The translations under genes and the position numbers were made by a program. From Candidatus Nomurabacteria bacterium RIFCSPHIGHO2_01_FULL_40_20 (GTDB taxonomy: Bacteria > Patescibacteriota > Minisyncoccia > Phycocordibacterales > UBA9973): a stretch of DNA of 49,302 nucleotides. The notes under the pieces are model-generated. The model was not told the origin of the DNA and made no database searches. It was given only the letters and a program-made list of their open reading frames with translations. The stretch spans positions 1 to 49,302 of the forward strand of contig MFTO01000001.1 in the NCBI GenBank assembly GCA_001786835.1, in the 5' to 3' direction. The first letter of the stretch is position 1. Every line of letters starts with the position of its first letter. Below, piece by piece: positions 8,873 through 17,807 of the stretch.

Positions 8873-9598
8873 CTATTTTAACCAACGATTTACCACTTCT
8901 TCTAAATGGTCTAAATTTTCAAGTATAAATAATTTTCTATGAAATTCATGAGGACTTATATCTAAATTTCTGATTACTTTTTCATCATAAGGGACTTTAA
9001 GAACTTTTTCAGAGAAAGCATTTTGTAATTCCCCACTCGAAGACATGAGCCCAGTACCAAAAGCTTTTATTTCTCCATCTTCTTTTATCAGTCCAAACTC
9101 ATAGCCATACCAGCCAAGTTTAGCAATATGGTCTTTATTTTCCTTATTTTTTGCTTTCACTATTGCTCGTCCAAATTTTTCCAGAATTCTTGCATATTGC
9201 GGAATAGCCAAGAATGGAACATGCCCGAAAACATCATGAAAAATATCCGGCAAAGGTGTGTAGTCTAAATCTTTCTTCTTGCGGATAAAGTTTGTAATTC
9301 TGTGTTTTTTATCCGCTAAGGCTCCGACCCACTCTACATTGTTTTCATAAGTTATATCGGTCATTTCTATTTCCCAACTTGTGAGCTTCTTTAATTTTTT
9401 ATTAATTTCCAGAAAGTTAGGAATATACTCTGTGCTCATCCCGAGCGCATCCCAACCTTGTTTGTGTAATTTTGTGGCTTTACCTCTTAAATTTTTCATT
9501 TGTTTTTCGCAAAGCAATTTCCAAACCTCATTCTCTTCTTTGGAGAACTTTTTGAATGGAATTACCCCACCTCCTTGTATAATTTTTTGGTTTTTCAT
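8873..9598 (-). CDS. phhA: Phenylalanine 4-hydroxylase
   Basis: DYTPLPDIFHDVFGHVP and WYGYEFGL (His-His-Glu iron ligands), GLMSSSGE; adjacent to phhB. Confidence 0.9.
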   Translation of the reverse strand: MKNQKIIQGGGVIPFKKFSKEENEVWKLLCEKQMKNLRGKATKLHKQGWDALGMSTEYIPNFLEINKKLKKLTSWEIEMTDITYENNVEWVGALADKKHRITNFIRKKKDLDYTPLPDIFHDVFGHVPFLAIPQYARILEKFGRAIVKAKNKENKDHIAKLGWYGYEFGLIKEDGEIKAFGTGLMSSSGELQNAFSEKVLKVPYDEKVIRNLDISPHEFHRKLFILENLDHLEEVVNRWLK

Positions 9599-9624
9599 AA
9601 TTAAATAGATTAAAAATAGATAAT

Positions 9625-9646
9625 AAAAAAACGCCCAGCGGGCGGT
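9625..9646 (-). terminator. Attenuator terminator upstream of phhA
   Basis: cgccc-gct-gggcg followed by U7 on the minus strand. Confidence 0.7.
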
Positions 9647-9675
9647 CTTTTATGTTTAGAAATACAAACAAAAAA

Positions 9676-9738
9676 TTACCGCTCCGCTGGGCAGAGATAA
9701 TAATTCTTTGAATTTACGATTCTAAATTTATTCACCAT
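9676..9738 (-). CDS. Putative Tyr-Tyr leader peptide MVNKFRIVNSKNYYLCPAER
   Basis: 20-codon ORF (ATG 9738 or GTG 9735) between a TTGACA-N17-TAGATT promoter and the phhA terminator; its 3' end is complementary to the terminator. Confidence 0.7.
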   Translation of the reverse strand: MVNKFRIVNSKNYYLCPAER

Positions 9739-9741
9739 ATA

Positions 9742-9770
9742 AATCTATACAATATATCTTCTTCTGTCAA
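9742..9770 (-). promoter_or_regulatory. Sigma70 promoter of the phhAB leader
   Basis: TTGACA (9770-9765), 17 nt, TAGATT (9747-9742). Confidence 0.65.
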
Positions 9771-10409
9771 TTACCTACTGACTAATACTTTTATTCCTAT
9801 GGCGACCAATACAGCGCCCATTGCTCGGTCAATTATATGCCTCCATTTAAAAATCTTTTTCTGGAACACTTTATGAGAAAATAAAAAGGAAACTATGGTA
9901 AACCAGACGAAGGTCATAAACATCATCTCCACACCATAAATTACTTTCACGAATTGAGGTGTTGCAGGGCCGACGACTTGAGTAAACAAAGCCACGAAAA
10001 ACAAAGTTGCTTTAGGATTTAAGACATTCACCAAGAATCCATTTTTTATCGCATCAAAAGGAGAGAACGAATCCGCATTTTCTTTAATTGTTATTTTTTC
10101 TAATTCTCCATCTGTTGAAGGTTGGGATTTCAGCATTTTATATCCGAGGTAAAGAAGATAAATCGCGCCAAGAACTTTTATGATATTAAATAAAACTATT
10201 GATTTGGAAATTACTAAACCCACACCTGCCAAAGAATAAAAAACATGCACGCTTATTCCAAGCGCCACACCGAGCGCTGTATAAATGCCAATTTTGCGCG
10301 AATAAGACAGACTGTTTCGGCTCACCACGATAAAATCAGGTCCCGGACTCATCACTGCTAAAAGATGAGCTATTACGACGACGGCAAATTGTGCTAAAAA
10401 TGGGGTCAT
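9771..10409 (-). CDS. LysE/RhtB family amino acid exporter
   Basis: SPGPDF, GAIYLLYLG, NVLNPKATLFF. Confidence 0.93.
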   Translation of the reverse strand: MTPFLAQFAVVVIAHLLAVMSPGPDFIVVSRNSLSYSRKIGIYTALGVALGISVHVFYSLAGVGLVISKSIVLFNIIKVLGAIYLLYLGYKMLKSQPSTDGELEKITIKENADSFSPFDAIKNGFLVNVLNPKATLFFVALFTQVVGPATPQFVKVIYGVEMMFMTFVWFTIVSFLFSHKVFQKKIFKWRHIIDRAMGAVLVAIGIKVLVSR

Positions 10410-11005
10410 AATCTCATCTTAGCATATTTTTTGCGGATATATTTCATAAACAAAAATACCAAGCCAAGCAAGATAGCCATCAGTATTATATTGCGGGCGA
10501 CGCCGATGCCGTTTAGAATGGAATCAATTCGGCTTCGGAAATACCAACCGAGCGCAAGATAAAGTGGAATGTAAATCAAAAGCGCGCCAGCGTCGAGTAG
10601 TAGGAATTTTTTAAACGGGATTTTGAGATAGCCAGCGAGGAATGGCCCGAGAAATCGAAGTTGTATTAAAAACCGGGAGCAGAAAATAACTTTGTTGATA
10701 TTTTTTTGTACCCACTCCATTCTGGACTCCACTTGTGAAGCAAAAATTCTTTTATATGCGCCTGTAATAAATCTATTCCCTCCTCGCGCTAAGAGATAAA
10801 TAGTGATATCAGACGCGATAACTCCGGTAAAAATGACCGGAAAGAGAATTAAACCGTTCAAATGCGGTCCTCCAGCGAGATACCCGAGAATAATAAAAAC
10901 ACCTTCCTCTGGAATAGGCACCAGCACATTGGCGGCAAAGGATAACAGCCATACTCCAAAATAAGAAAGCGCGCCTATTTGATTTATAATTTCTTGCGCC
11001 TCCAT
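10406..11005 (-). CDS. DedA family membrane protein
   Basis: VPIPEE...GYL, SRFLIQLR..GPFLAG. Confidence 0.88.
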   Translation of the reverse strand: MEAQEIINQIGALSYFGVWLLSFAANVLVPIPEEGVFIILGYLAGGPHLNGLILFPVIFTGVIASDITIYLLARGGNRFITGAYKRIFASQVESRMEWVQKNINKVIFCSRFLIQLRFLGPFLAGYLKIPFKKFLLLDAGALLIYIPLYLALGWYFRSRIDSILNGIGVARNIILMAILLGLVFLFMKYIRKKYAKMRL

Positions 11006-11008
11006 TGT

Positions 11009-11908
11009 TTAGATATTTTCTCGCAGTTTGGCTATTTTGTAAATCGCAAAAACCAAGAGAATCGCTGCGACCCACTGCGTCGGCGCGAGCACGGTTTTAT
11101 ACAAAATCATATCTATCAAAATCGCAATAAACGGAAAAGTTAGTTCTAAGATAGTTGTGATGTGAACTGGAGTTCGCGCAAGCCCTTTGTAATAAATGAG
11201 GAGCGCTACCATGCCGGTGGATACTGCAATCAATGCAAAGAGGCCAAATTGAGGCGCTGTCGGCGCGGAAAGTGTCGCGCCTTTGCCCATAATTAAAAGA
11301 AGCGGTAGGGCTAAAAACAAAGTAAACAAAAATCGATAAAATGTGCTGACTTTCGCTTCAACTTTTGTCAAAAGCATTTTTGAAAAAGTAGTGCTAGAAC
11401 CCCACGCGAAAGCGGCGCCAAGCGCAAAGAGGGCGGCAATGATAGTGCCTTCGCCTGTCTCCCAATTCACCGCGCCATTTTTAAACGTCACAAAATAAGC
11501 AGAAACAAGCGCGAGCACAGCCCAGACTATGTATCGCCGGTCAAGTTTTTCTTTCAAGAAAATAGAAGCAGTCGTGATAGCAAAAATTGGTTGGAGTTTT
11601 TGAAGCAAAAATACAACAGAGAAAGAAATAAAATGCACTTTGAGTAGCGCGGTGGTGAAAAAAAGTGTGCCCAAAAGCCCGCTTAGAGCGGATATGAGAA
11701 TTATCAGAAACCATTCGTGTTTGGTAAGGTCTGTTTTGAATATACTTTTATAAACAAAAGGCAAGAGAATTATAAAACCAAAAAGATGTTCAAAGAATAT
11801 TATCGTGATGGGTGGGAGCGAATACAGATGTCGGCGGATTACTCCGTCTAGCGCCCAGAGTAGCGCGGCGGTAATAATAAACAGTGGTCCAGTATAATTT
11901 TTTAACAT
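11009..11908 (-). CDS. DMT/EamA family transporter
   Basis: About 10 TM segments, LQPIFA...FLKEK, duplicated EamA halves. Confidence 0.88.
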   Translation of the reverse strand: MLKNYTGPLFIITAALLWALDGVIRRHLYSLPPITIIFFEHLFGFIILLPFVYKSIFKTDLTKHEWFLIILISALSGLLGTLFFTTALLKVHFISFSVVFLLQKLQPIFAITTASIFLKEKLDRRYIVWAVLALVSAYFVTFKNGAVNWETGEGTIIAALFALGAAFAWGSSTTFSKMLLTKVEAKVSTFYRFLFTLFLALPLLLIMGKGATLSAPTAPQFGLFALIAVSTGMVALLIYYKGLARTPVHITTILELTFPFIAILIDMILYKTVLAPTQWVAAILLVFAIYKIAKLRENI

Positions 11909-12231
11909 GAATCTAAATCTTTTTTTATTTGGGTAATTAATTCTTCCTCGGTGTTGAATTTTCTATATTCTCTTAAAAATTTATTTATATGAAGGACAAC
12001 TTTCTTTCCGTATGCGTTATCACGATATCCTATAAGATGAGCCTCAATTTTAGCATGAGGACCTATTACAATTCCAGCTCGATAAGTTTTTCCTTCCATC
12101 TCTGCTTTTCCGGTATAAATTCCTTCAGGGGGAAATTCACTTTCTTCTACTTCCAAATTCACTGTAGGAAACCCAATTTTTCGGCCATAACCGTCTCCTT
12201 TTATTACTTTTCCTGAAATAATGTAAGGCAT
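11902..12231 (-). CDS. Stand-alone riboflavin kinase (RibF C-terminal domain)
   Basis: GDGYGRKIGFPTVNL, IEAHL, LREYRKF...QIKKD. Confidence 0.92.
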   Translation of the reverse strand: MPYIISGKVIKGDGYGRKIGFPTVNLEVEESEFPPEGIYTGKAEMEGKTYRAGIVIGPHAKIEAHLIGYRDNAYGKKVVLHINKFLREYRKFNTEEELITQIKKDLDSC

Positions 12232-12233
12232 TC

Positions 12234-13583
12234 CTAATATCCATCACTTCCCAACCTTTCATCAATTCTATTCATATCGCGCGGAAACATGGAGGCTTCG
12301 CGGATATTTTTGAGTCCCAAAAGTTGCATAGTCATCCGTTCCGCGCCAAAGGCAAAGCCACCTTCGGGCGGTACTCCGTATTTGAAAGCCTCCAAAAACA
12401 TTTTTATTTTTTCCGGATCCATTTTCCATTCTTCCACATGCTTCATCAACTGATCATAATCACTAATTCTTCGGCCTCCCGAGAGCCATTCCACTCCACG
12501 GCAGAGCAAGTCCATGCCTTCATTGTATTCGGGCTCCTCGGGATTCGGATACACATAAAAGGGCTTTTTGCGCGTAGGGTACCCATAGATAAATACAAAG
12601 TCCGAGCCGGTTTCTTCTTTGATTATTTCACAAATCTGACGTTCATCTTCCGGATTGGTATCTTTCTCACCCCTGACATCGCGTTTAAATTTTTCAAAAA
12701 TTCTCTGTTGAACTTCACGCAAAGACAGAGTCGGAGTTTTTTCTATCATCACAGGTATGGTAGCGCCTAAAATTTTCAAATGCTCTTTATTTTTTTCTTC
12801 AACTTGTTTTAAAATAAACCGCACTGTTTCTTCTGCCATATCGCGCACGTCTTCCCATGAATCTATAAAACTCATTTCGGCATCAAGCGAAACAATCTCA
12901 GTCAGATGCCGAGTAGTGGAAGAAGGTTCCGCGCGAAAAATTTTATTTACAGAAAAACAGCGTTCAAAAGCAGACATGACAATTTGTTTATAAAGTTGAG
13001 GCGATTGAGTCAGATATGCTTTTTTGTCAAAATAACTCACTTGAAAAACTTCGGCCCCACCTTCGGCTGTCGCGGGAGTAATAGCTGGAGCTTGGAATTC
13101 AAAAAACATATTTTTTTTCATAAACTCTCTGAATGAATCAATAATAGTCTCTTGCACTTTGAAGACTGCTTGGATTTTCGGATGGCGCAAAACCAACGCT
13201 CTGTTATCCAGCTCTGTAGTGAGCTCTAGATTATAACCCTCAAGCGACATATCAAAAGGCAGTTCATGAGCGGGACTTAAAACCTCTATGCTCACAACTT
13301 CCAGCTCAATGTCGCCATTTTGCACATCCGGATTTATATTTTTCTCCGGTCGTTTGTTCACAATGCCTGAAACTTTTAAAACCCACTCCGGTCTGATTTC
13401 TTTTGCTTTTTCTATTGCTTCTGTGTGACTCGGCAAAACTACACACTGTACAATACCCGTCATATCTCGAAAATCGAAAAAGACCATCTTGCCCTGGTCA
13501 CGCCTAATATTTACCCAGCCCGCCAGAACAACTTCTTTGCCGATGTGTTCTTTTAAGTTTTTAATAAAAACTCTATTTCGCAT
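12234..13583 (-). CDS. aspS: Aspartyl-tRNA synthetase, short archaeal/non-discriminating type
   Basis: OB fold, AEGGAEVF, QSPQLYKQ, FRAEPSSTTRHLTE, GVPPEGGFAFGAER, FPRD. Confidence 0.93.
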   Translation of the reverse strand: MRNRVFIKNLKEHIGKEVVLAGWVNIRRDQGKMVFFDFRDMTGIVQCVVLPSHTEAIEKAKEIRPEWVLKVSGIVNKRPEKNINPDVQNGDIELEVVSIEVLSPAHELPFDMSLEGYNLELTTELDNRALVLRHPKIQAVFKVQETIIDSFREFMKKNMFFEFQAPAITPATAEGGAEVFQVSYFDKKAYLTQSPQLYKQIVMSAFERCFSVNKIFRAEPSSTTRHLTEIVSLDAEMSFIDSWEDVRDMAEETVRFILKQVEEKNKEHLKILGATIPVMIEKTPTLSLREVQQRIFEKFKRDVRGEKDTNPEDERQICEIIKEETGSDFVFIYGYPTRKKPFYVYPNPEEPEYNEGMDLLCRGVEWLSGGRRISDYDQLMKHVEEWKMDPEKIKMFLEAFKYGVPPEGGFAFGAERMTMQLLGLKNIREASMFPRDMNRIDERLGSDGY

Positions 13584-13647
13584 CCCATTAGAAATTTTAA
13601 TTTATAACTCTTATTTCCATTGCCCGCCGATTGAATTTCTAACGGGA
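13583..13647. repeat. 65-bp element with 14-bp terminal inverted repeats in the aspS 5' region
   Basis: tcccattagaaatt ... aatttctaacggga (1 mismatch). Confidence 0.75.
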
Positions 13648-13674
13648 CAAGTAAAACCAGTATAGCACGGAAAT

Positions 13675-14694
13675 TTAATCTCCGTTCTTGGATAAATCAG
13701 TAACGGATTTGCCGTTATGAAGATTGTCCACCACTTTTGCTATCAATTTTGCCGTAGGCATGATTACTAAATTCTTGATAAGCTTTTGTTTCCCAGAAAA
13801 ATCACACGTATCGGAAAACCAAACTTCTTTAAAATCTACAGAATTCAGATTCTCTACTGCTTTACCGGTGAGAACTCCGTGCACGGCAGTAAAGTAAACA
13901 TCTTTGACTCCCCTTTCTTTCAAGACTTTAAAAGTTTTCACCGCAGTTCCGCATGTATCCGCTAAATCGTCCGGGATAATCGAGTGGTAGCCGGCTGGGT
14001 CGCCGATGACTTCCATCACTTCACTATGATTTACGGATTTTGGGTCGCGAAATTTATTAATCATCACAATGTTGCTCGGAATTCCGAGCGCTTGAGCGAG
14101 TTTTCGGCAAGAAGGCGCTGCCCCTAAGTCCGGCGCAACAATTTTAAATTCTTCCAGATTAAAGTTCTTAGATTTGATTTGATTAATCAAAAGGTTGCTG
14201 GTATCAACGTTTACTATCGGTATGGTAAGCGGATGCGCGTTGTAACTACTCGGATTATGCAATCTCAAAACAACAATTCTGTCCGCTCCGGCCATTTGCA
14301 GTCGCATCGGAACTTTTTGCACCAGTATCGGCTCGCGGTAATTGGAAGGTTTGTCTTGTCTGGCATACGGCAGGCACGGCATAACCACAGTGATGCGATT
14401 CGGCTCGCCTTGTTTCAAGGCGTAAACCATGGATTCACACTCATCCAAATCATAGCTAAGGGCTTCTTTGCTCCCAAACCTCGGCTGAAGTATCAGATAC
14501 ACATCGCAATCGCGAATTGATTCCGTATGGTGCGCTATAAAACTTCCGTCGCTAAATTCTTTATAAACAGAACCGTCCAACTCTGTATTTAAAAGTTGCG
14601 CAACTTCTTTGGCCAAGAAAAGGTTTGTCCCGCTCGGGCTACCAAAAAGCTTAAAGGGATAAGGGTTTAAACTTTGTTCACTTGAATGCACCAT
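13675..14694 (-). CDS. prs: Ribose-phosphate pyrophosphokinase
   Basis: FSDG, PYARQDK, VAPDLGA, DDLADTCGT, HGVL. Confidence 0.93.
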   Translation of the reverse strand: MVHSSEQSLNPYPFKLFGSPSGTNLFLAKEVAQLLNTELDGSVYKEFSDGSFIAHHTESIRDCDVYLILQPRFGSKEALSYDLDECESMVYALKQGEPNRITVVMPCLPYARQDKPSNYREPILVQKVPMRLQMAGADRIVVLRLHNPSSYNAHPLTIPIVNVDTSNLLINQIKSKNFNLEEFKIVAPDLGAAPSCRKLAQALGIPSNIVMINKFRDPKSVNHSEVMEVIGDPAGYHSIIPDDLADTCGTAVKTFKVLKERGVKDVYFTAVHGVLTGKAVENLNSVDFKEVWFSDTCDFSGKQKLIKNLVIMPTAKLIAKVVDNLHNGKSVTDLSKNGD

Positions 14695-14729
14695 AAATGT
14701 GAGAGTATTCTAGCATAAAAAATAATAAA

Positions 14730-15290
14730 TCAAGACTTAGACACATTGCATATATATTTATAGTAGCCGTTCTTTATTTCTCGTTCCCATTCTGGACTAC
14801 CTATTATTTTATTTTTACCTAATTCAAGGTCTCTCAATTTTTTGAACCATTTGTTAATACTCGTATTCCCACCCATAGTAAGTGGGTGTTCTGTTCTACT
14901 GGAAGGATAGAATCTATTTTGAGTAATATGCCCAAATAAATCTCTAACTTGAGATCTAAAATAAAAAATGTGTGTATTAGTTTTTCCTTCTTCTACCAAA
15001 GCATGTCCTATATACTCTATTCGAACAGTTCCTAATCCTTCTACTTTATGAACAATATAACCCAATATTGTCTCCATGTTATTTGACAGACCTACTGGAG
15101 ATGATGGTAAAGAGAAGCTAATTTTAAAAACTGGGTCCTCCGGTATTGAAAAAGTACCTTCATTACTTAGATCTCTTTTTAGATTTTCAGATTCTTCGAT
15201 TCGCATTTGCCTTGATTTATTCCCTTGTTCCTCTTTGTGTTTCCTGAATATTGTCTGGTTTTCTGGTTTTAAAAAATCTTCTTCTTTCAT
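14730..15290 (-). CDS. Hypothetical protein (AT-rich); start MKEEDF overlaps the trpS stop (ATGA)
   Basis: ORF track 14730..15410 trimmed to the ATGA-coupled start. Confidence 0.6.
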   Translation of the reverse strand: MKEEDFLKPENQTIFRKHKEEQGNKSRQMRIEESENLKRDLSNEGTFSIPEDPVFKISFSLPSSPVGLSNNMETILGYIVHKVEGLGTVRIEYIGHALVEEGKTNTHIFYFRSQVRDLFGHITQNRFYPSSRTEHPLTMGGNTSINKWFKKLRDLELGKNKIIGSPEWEREIKNGYYKYICNVSKS

Positions 15291-16237
15291 ATATTTATAT
15301 TTACTCCTATTTTTTCTTTTATTTCGGCCATTTTGGCGGAGGCTACTTTTTTTGCTTTTTCGCTTCCTTCTTTTAAGATTTTGAGCGCTTCCGGTAGTCT
15401 TTTTTCCCACTCCTTCCTTTTTTCTCGCATTGGCGCGATGAATTTCTCTAGGTCTTCTATTAACATTTCTTTTAACTCTTTATACTTGCCGGTTTTTTCT
15501 TCGTAAAGAGGCAAAAGTTCGGAGGCAGGTCGCAAGAGGTTGTGAATAGCATAAACATTTTTTGGAATTCCCTCGCTGGAATCGGTGACAATACTCATCA
15601 CGCATTTTTTAATTTCATCATACTCGGCAAAAAGCGGAATAGTGTTATTATAACTTTTAGACATTTTTTGTCCGTCAGTGCCGGGCACCACTGCGACATC
15701 TTTCATAATCATCGCTTCAGGAAGTTTAAAGGTTTTACCGAAAATACGATTGAATTTTTCCGCGGTATCACGCGCAATTTCTAAATGTTGTTTTTGGTCC
15801 GCTCCCACCGGCACAATATCCGGACTGTAGAGTAAAATGTCTGCCGCCATCAACATCGGATAATTAAAAGTTCCGACATCGATTTCTTTATTTTTTGCTT
15901 CCGCATCCTTGAAAGCATGAGCGCGCATGAGGTATGGCATGGTCGTAATTGTTTCAAAAATCCAAGCAAGTTCTGTGTGCTCGGCTATGTCCGACTGTTT
16001 GAAAATTATCGCTTTCTTTGGGTCAAGTCCGATAGCTAAGAAATCAAGCAAAACCGCCATAATATTTTCCTTCATTTCTTTTGGATTCTGCACAGATTTC
16101 ATAGCATGATAATCCACAATAAGCGCATAGACTTCGTATTCACTTTCTAAATCCACCAATTGCTTCATCATGCCGAAATAGTTGCCAATATGGGGTCGGC
16201 CCGAAGGCTGAATTCCTGACAACAATACTTTTTTCAT
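15287..16237 (-). CDS. trpS: Tryptophanyl-tRNA synthetase
   Basis: SGIQPSGRPHIGNY, YPMLMAADIL, VPVGADQKQH, KMSKS; start trimmed to MKKVLLSG. Confidence 0.97.
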   Translation of the reverse strand: MKKVLLSGIQPSGRPHIGNYFGMMKQLVDLESEYEVYALIVDYHAMKSVQNPKEMKENIMAVLLDFLAIGLDPKKAIIFKQSDIAEHTELAWIFETITTMPYLMRAHAFKDAEAKNKEIDVGTFNYPMLMAADILLYSPDIVPVGADQKQHLEIARDTAEKFNRIFGKTFKLPEAMIMKDVAVVPGTDGQKMSKSYNNTIPLFAEYDEIKKCVMSIVTDSSEGIPKNVYAIHNLLRPASELLPLYEEKTGKYKELKEMLIEDLEKFIAPMREKRKEWEKRLPEALKILKEGSEKAKKVASAKMAEIKEKIGVNINI

Positions 16238-16354
16238 ACCATCTATACTAACATACTTCGGCCTACTCAGCATAAATATATTTGTCCACATTTTAATAAC
16301 ATAGAACTCCCCTATTTACCTTTCTCTTTTTTTCTCTTGTGCTAGGATGAAAGT

Positions 16355-17746
16355 ATGGCTAAAAATCCTAAAAACAATCTGCGCTTGCCTCCACAAAGCC
16401 TGCCTTCTGAGCAAGCTGTGCTCGGCTCTATTATGCTTCGCAAGGACGCGATTCATGAAGTGGAAGACATTTTACGTCCTGATTCTTTTTATGCCGAAAA
16501 ACACAAAATTATTTTTCAAGCCATGCTTGACCTGTCACTTGCAAACGAGCCGATAGATATGCTTTCCCTTTCCACCAAGCTTGCTGAAAAAAAAGCACTG
16601 GAGAGAATCGGTGGCAATCAATACCTCGCAGAAATAGTGAACACTGTGCCTTCTTCTACAAATGTAAAACACTACGCGGAAATTGTGCAGAAAAAATATA
16701 TATTGCGAAGCTTGATTGAGGCCGGAGACTATGTTTCCTCTGTCGCTTTTGACGAAAACGATGACCATATAGATGATATCTTGGATATGGTTGAAAAAAA
16801 AGTTTTCGGTGTGGTTTCTTCGCCTAAAAATCAAAAATTTATAAACCTCAAAGACGCTCTGCCGGAAGCGTGGGAACGATTGGAGAGATTGCACGAACAC
16901 AAAGGCGCGCTTCGCGGACTTGCGACCGGTTTTAGAGATTTGGATACTATGCTCTCCGGACTTCAAAAATCCGACCTCATCATCCTCGCGGCTAGGCCTT
17001 CTATGGGTAAGACCACTCTGGCGCTAGACATCGCGCGACTCTCGGGAGTCGTTCATGAAAAATCTGTGTTAATCTTTTCTCTGGAAATGTCTTCCCAGCA
17101 ACTCGTAGACCGAATGCTCTCGGCGCAATCACGGGTGAATGCTTGGAACTTGCGCACCGGCCACCTTTCTTCCGACCGAGAATTTTCGCTTTTACGTGAT
17201 TCACTAGATAAACTTTCTAAAGCAAAAATATTTATTGACGACCAACCCGGAAATTCAATTGTCCGAATGAAAGCGCTCTCTCGTCGACTCAAAGCCGAGA
17301 AAGGGCTTGACCTTATCGTTGTGGACTACCTGCAACTCATGACCACGAGTAAAAATTATGATTCCATGGTAAACCAAGTGACTGAAATTTCCCGCTCGCT
17401 CAAGTCACTCGCCAAAGAGCTTGACGTCCCTGTGCTTGCGCTCTCTCAACTGTCTCGCGCGGTGGAGAGTCGTGGAGGCAAACCTCGCCTATCGGACTTG
17501 CGTGATTCGGGTTCTATTGAGCAGGATGCCGACGTGGTGATGTTTATCCACCGAGAAGATAAAGGTAAAGACGAATCAGAGAGAACCAACATCGCCGAAA
17601 TTTTAATTGAAAAACACCGCAACGGTCCGACTGGAAAAATTGAACTCTACTTTGATGAAAAAACCACGACTTTCCAGACACTGGAAAAAAGCAGTCTCTC
17701 TGAATTCTCCGCGCCAAAAATAGGTGGTGAGTTGGATGAATTCTAA
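16355..17746 (+). CDS. dnaB: Replicative DNA helicase
   Basis: AARPSMGKT, SLEMS, VDYLQL, LSQLSR, DLRDSGSIEQDAD, KHRNGPTG. Confidence 0.98.
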   Translation: MAKNPKNNLRLPPQSLPSEQAVLGSIMLRKDAIHEVEDILRPDSFYAEKHKIIFQAMLDLSLANEPIDMLSLSTKLAEKKALERIGGNQYLAEIVNTVPSSTNVKHYAEIVQKKYILRSLIEAGDYVSSVAFDENDDHIDDILDMVEKKVFGVVSSPKNQKFINLKDALPEAWERLERLHEHKGALRGLATGFRDLDTMLSGLQKSDLIILAARPSMGKTTLALDIARLSGVVHEKSVLIFSLEMSSQQLVDRMLSAQSRVNAWNLRTGHLSSDREFSLLRDSLDKLSKAKIFIDDQPGNSIVRMKALSRRLKAEKGLDLIVVDYLQLMTTSKNYDSMVNQVTEISRSLKSLAKELDVPVLALSQLSRAVESRGGKPRLSDLRDSGSIEQDADVVMFIHREDKGKDESERTNIAEILIEKHRNGPTGKIELYFDEKTTTFQTLEKSSLSEFSAPKIGGELDEF

Positions 17747-17748
17747 AT

Positions 17749-17785
17749 AAAAAAACGCAGTAGATATTACTATCTTACCGCGTTT
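17749..17785. terminator. Terminator between convergent dnaB and an ORFan
   Basis: aaaaaacgcagtagata-ttac-tatcttaccgcgttt. Confidence 0.7.
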
Positions 17786-17807
17786 ATAAAACTTTAATGC
17801 TCTACTA

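Noticed and set aside
15287-15289. UGA recoding (genetic code 25)
   Set aside because: trpS ends at TGA at the expected length and conserved genes are intact under code 11
15291-15410. Basic N-terminal extension of ORF 14730..15410
   Set aside because: Overlaps the trpS C-terminus; the ATGA-coupled start at 15290 is more plausible
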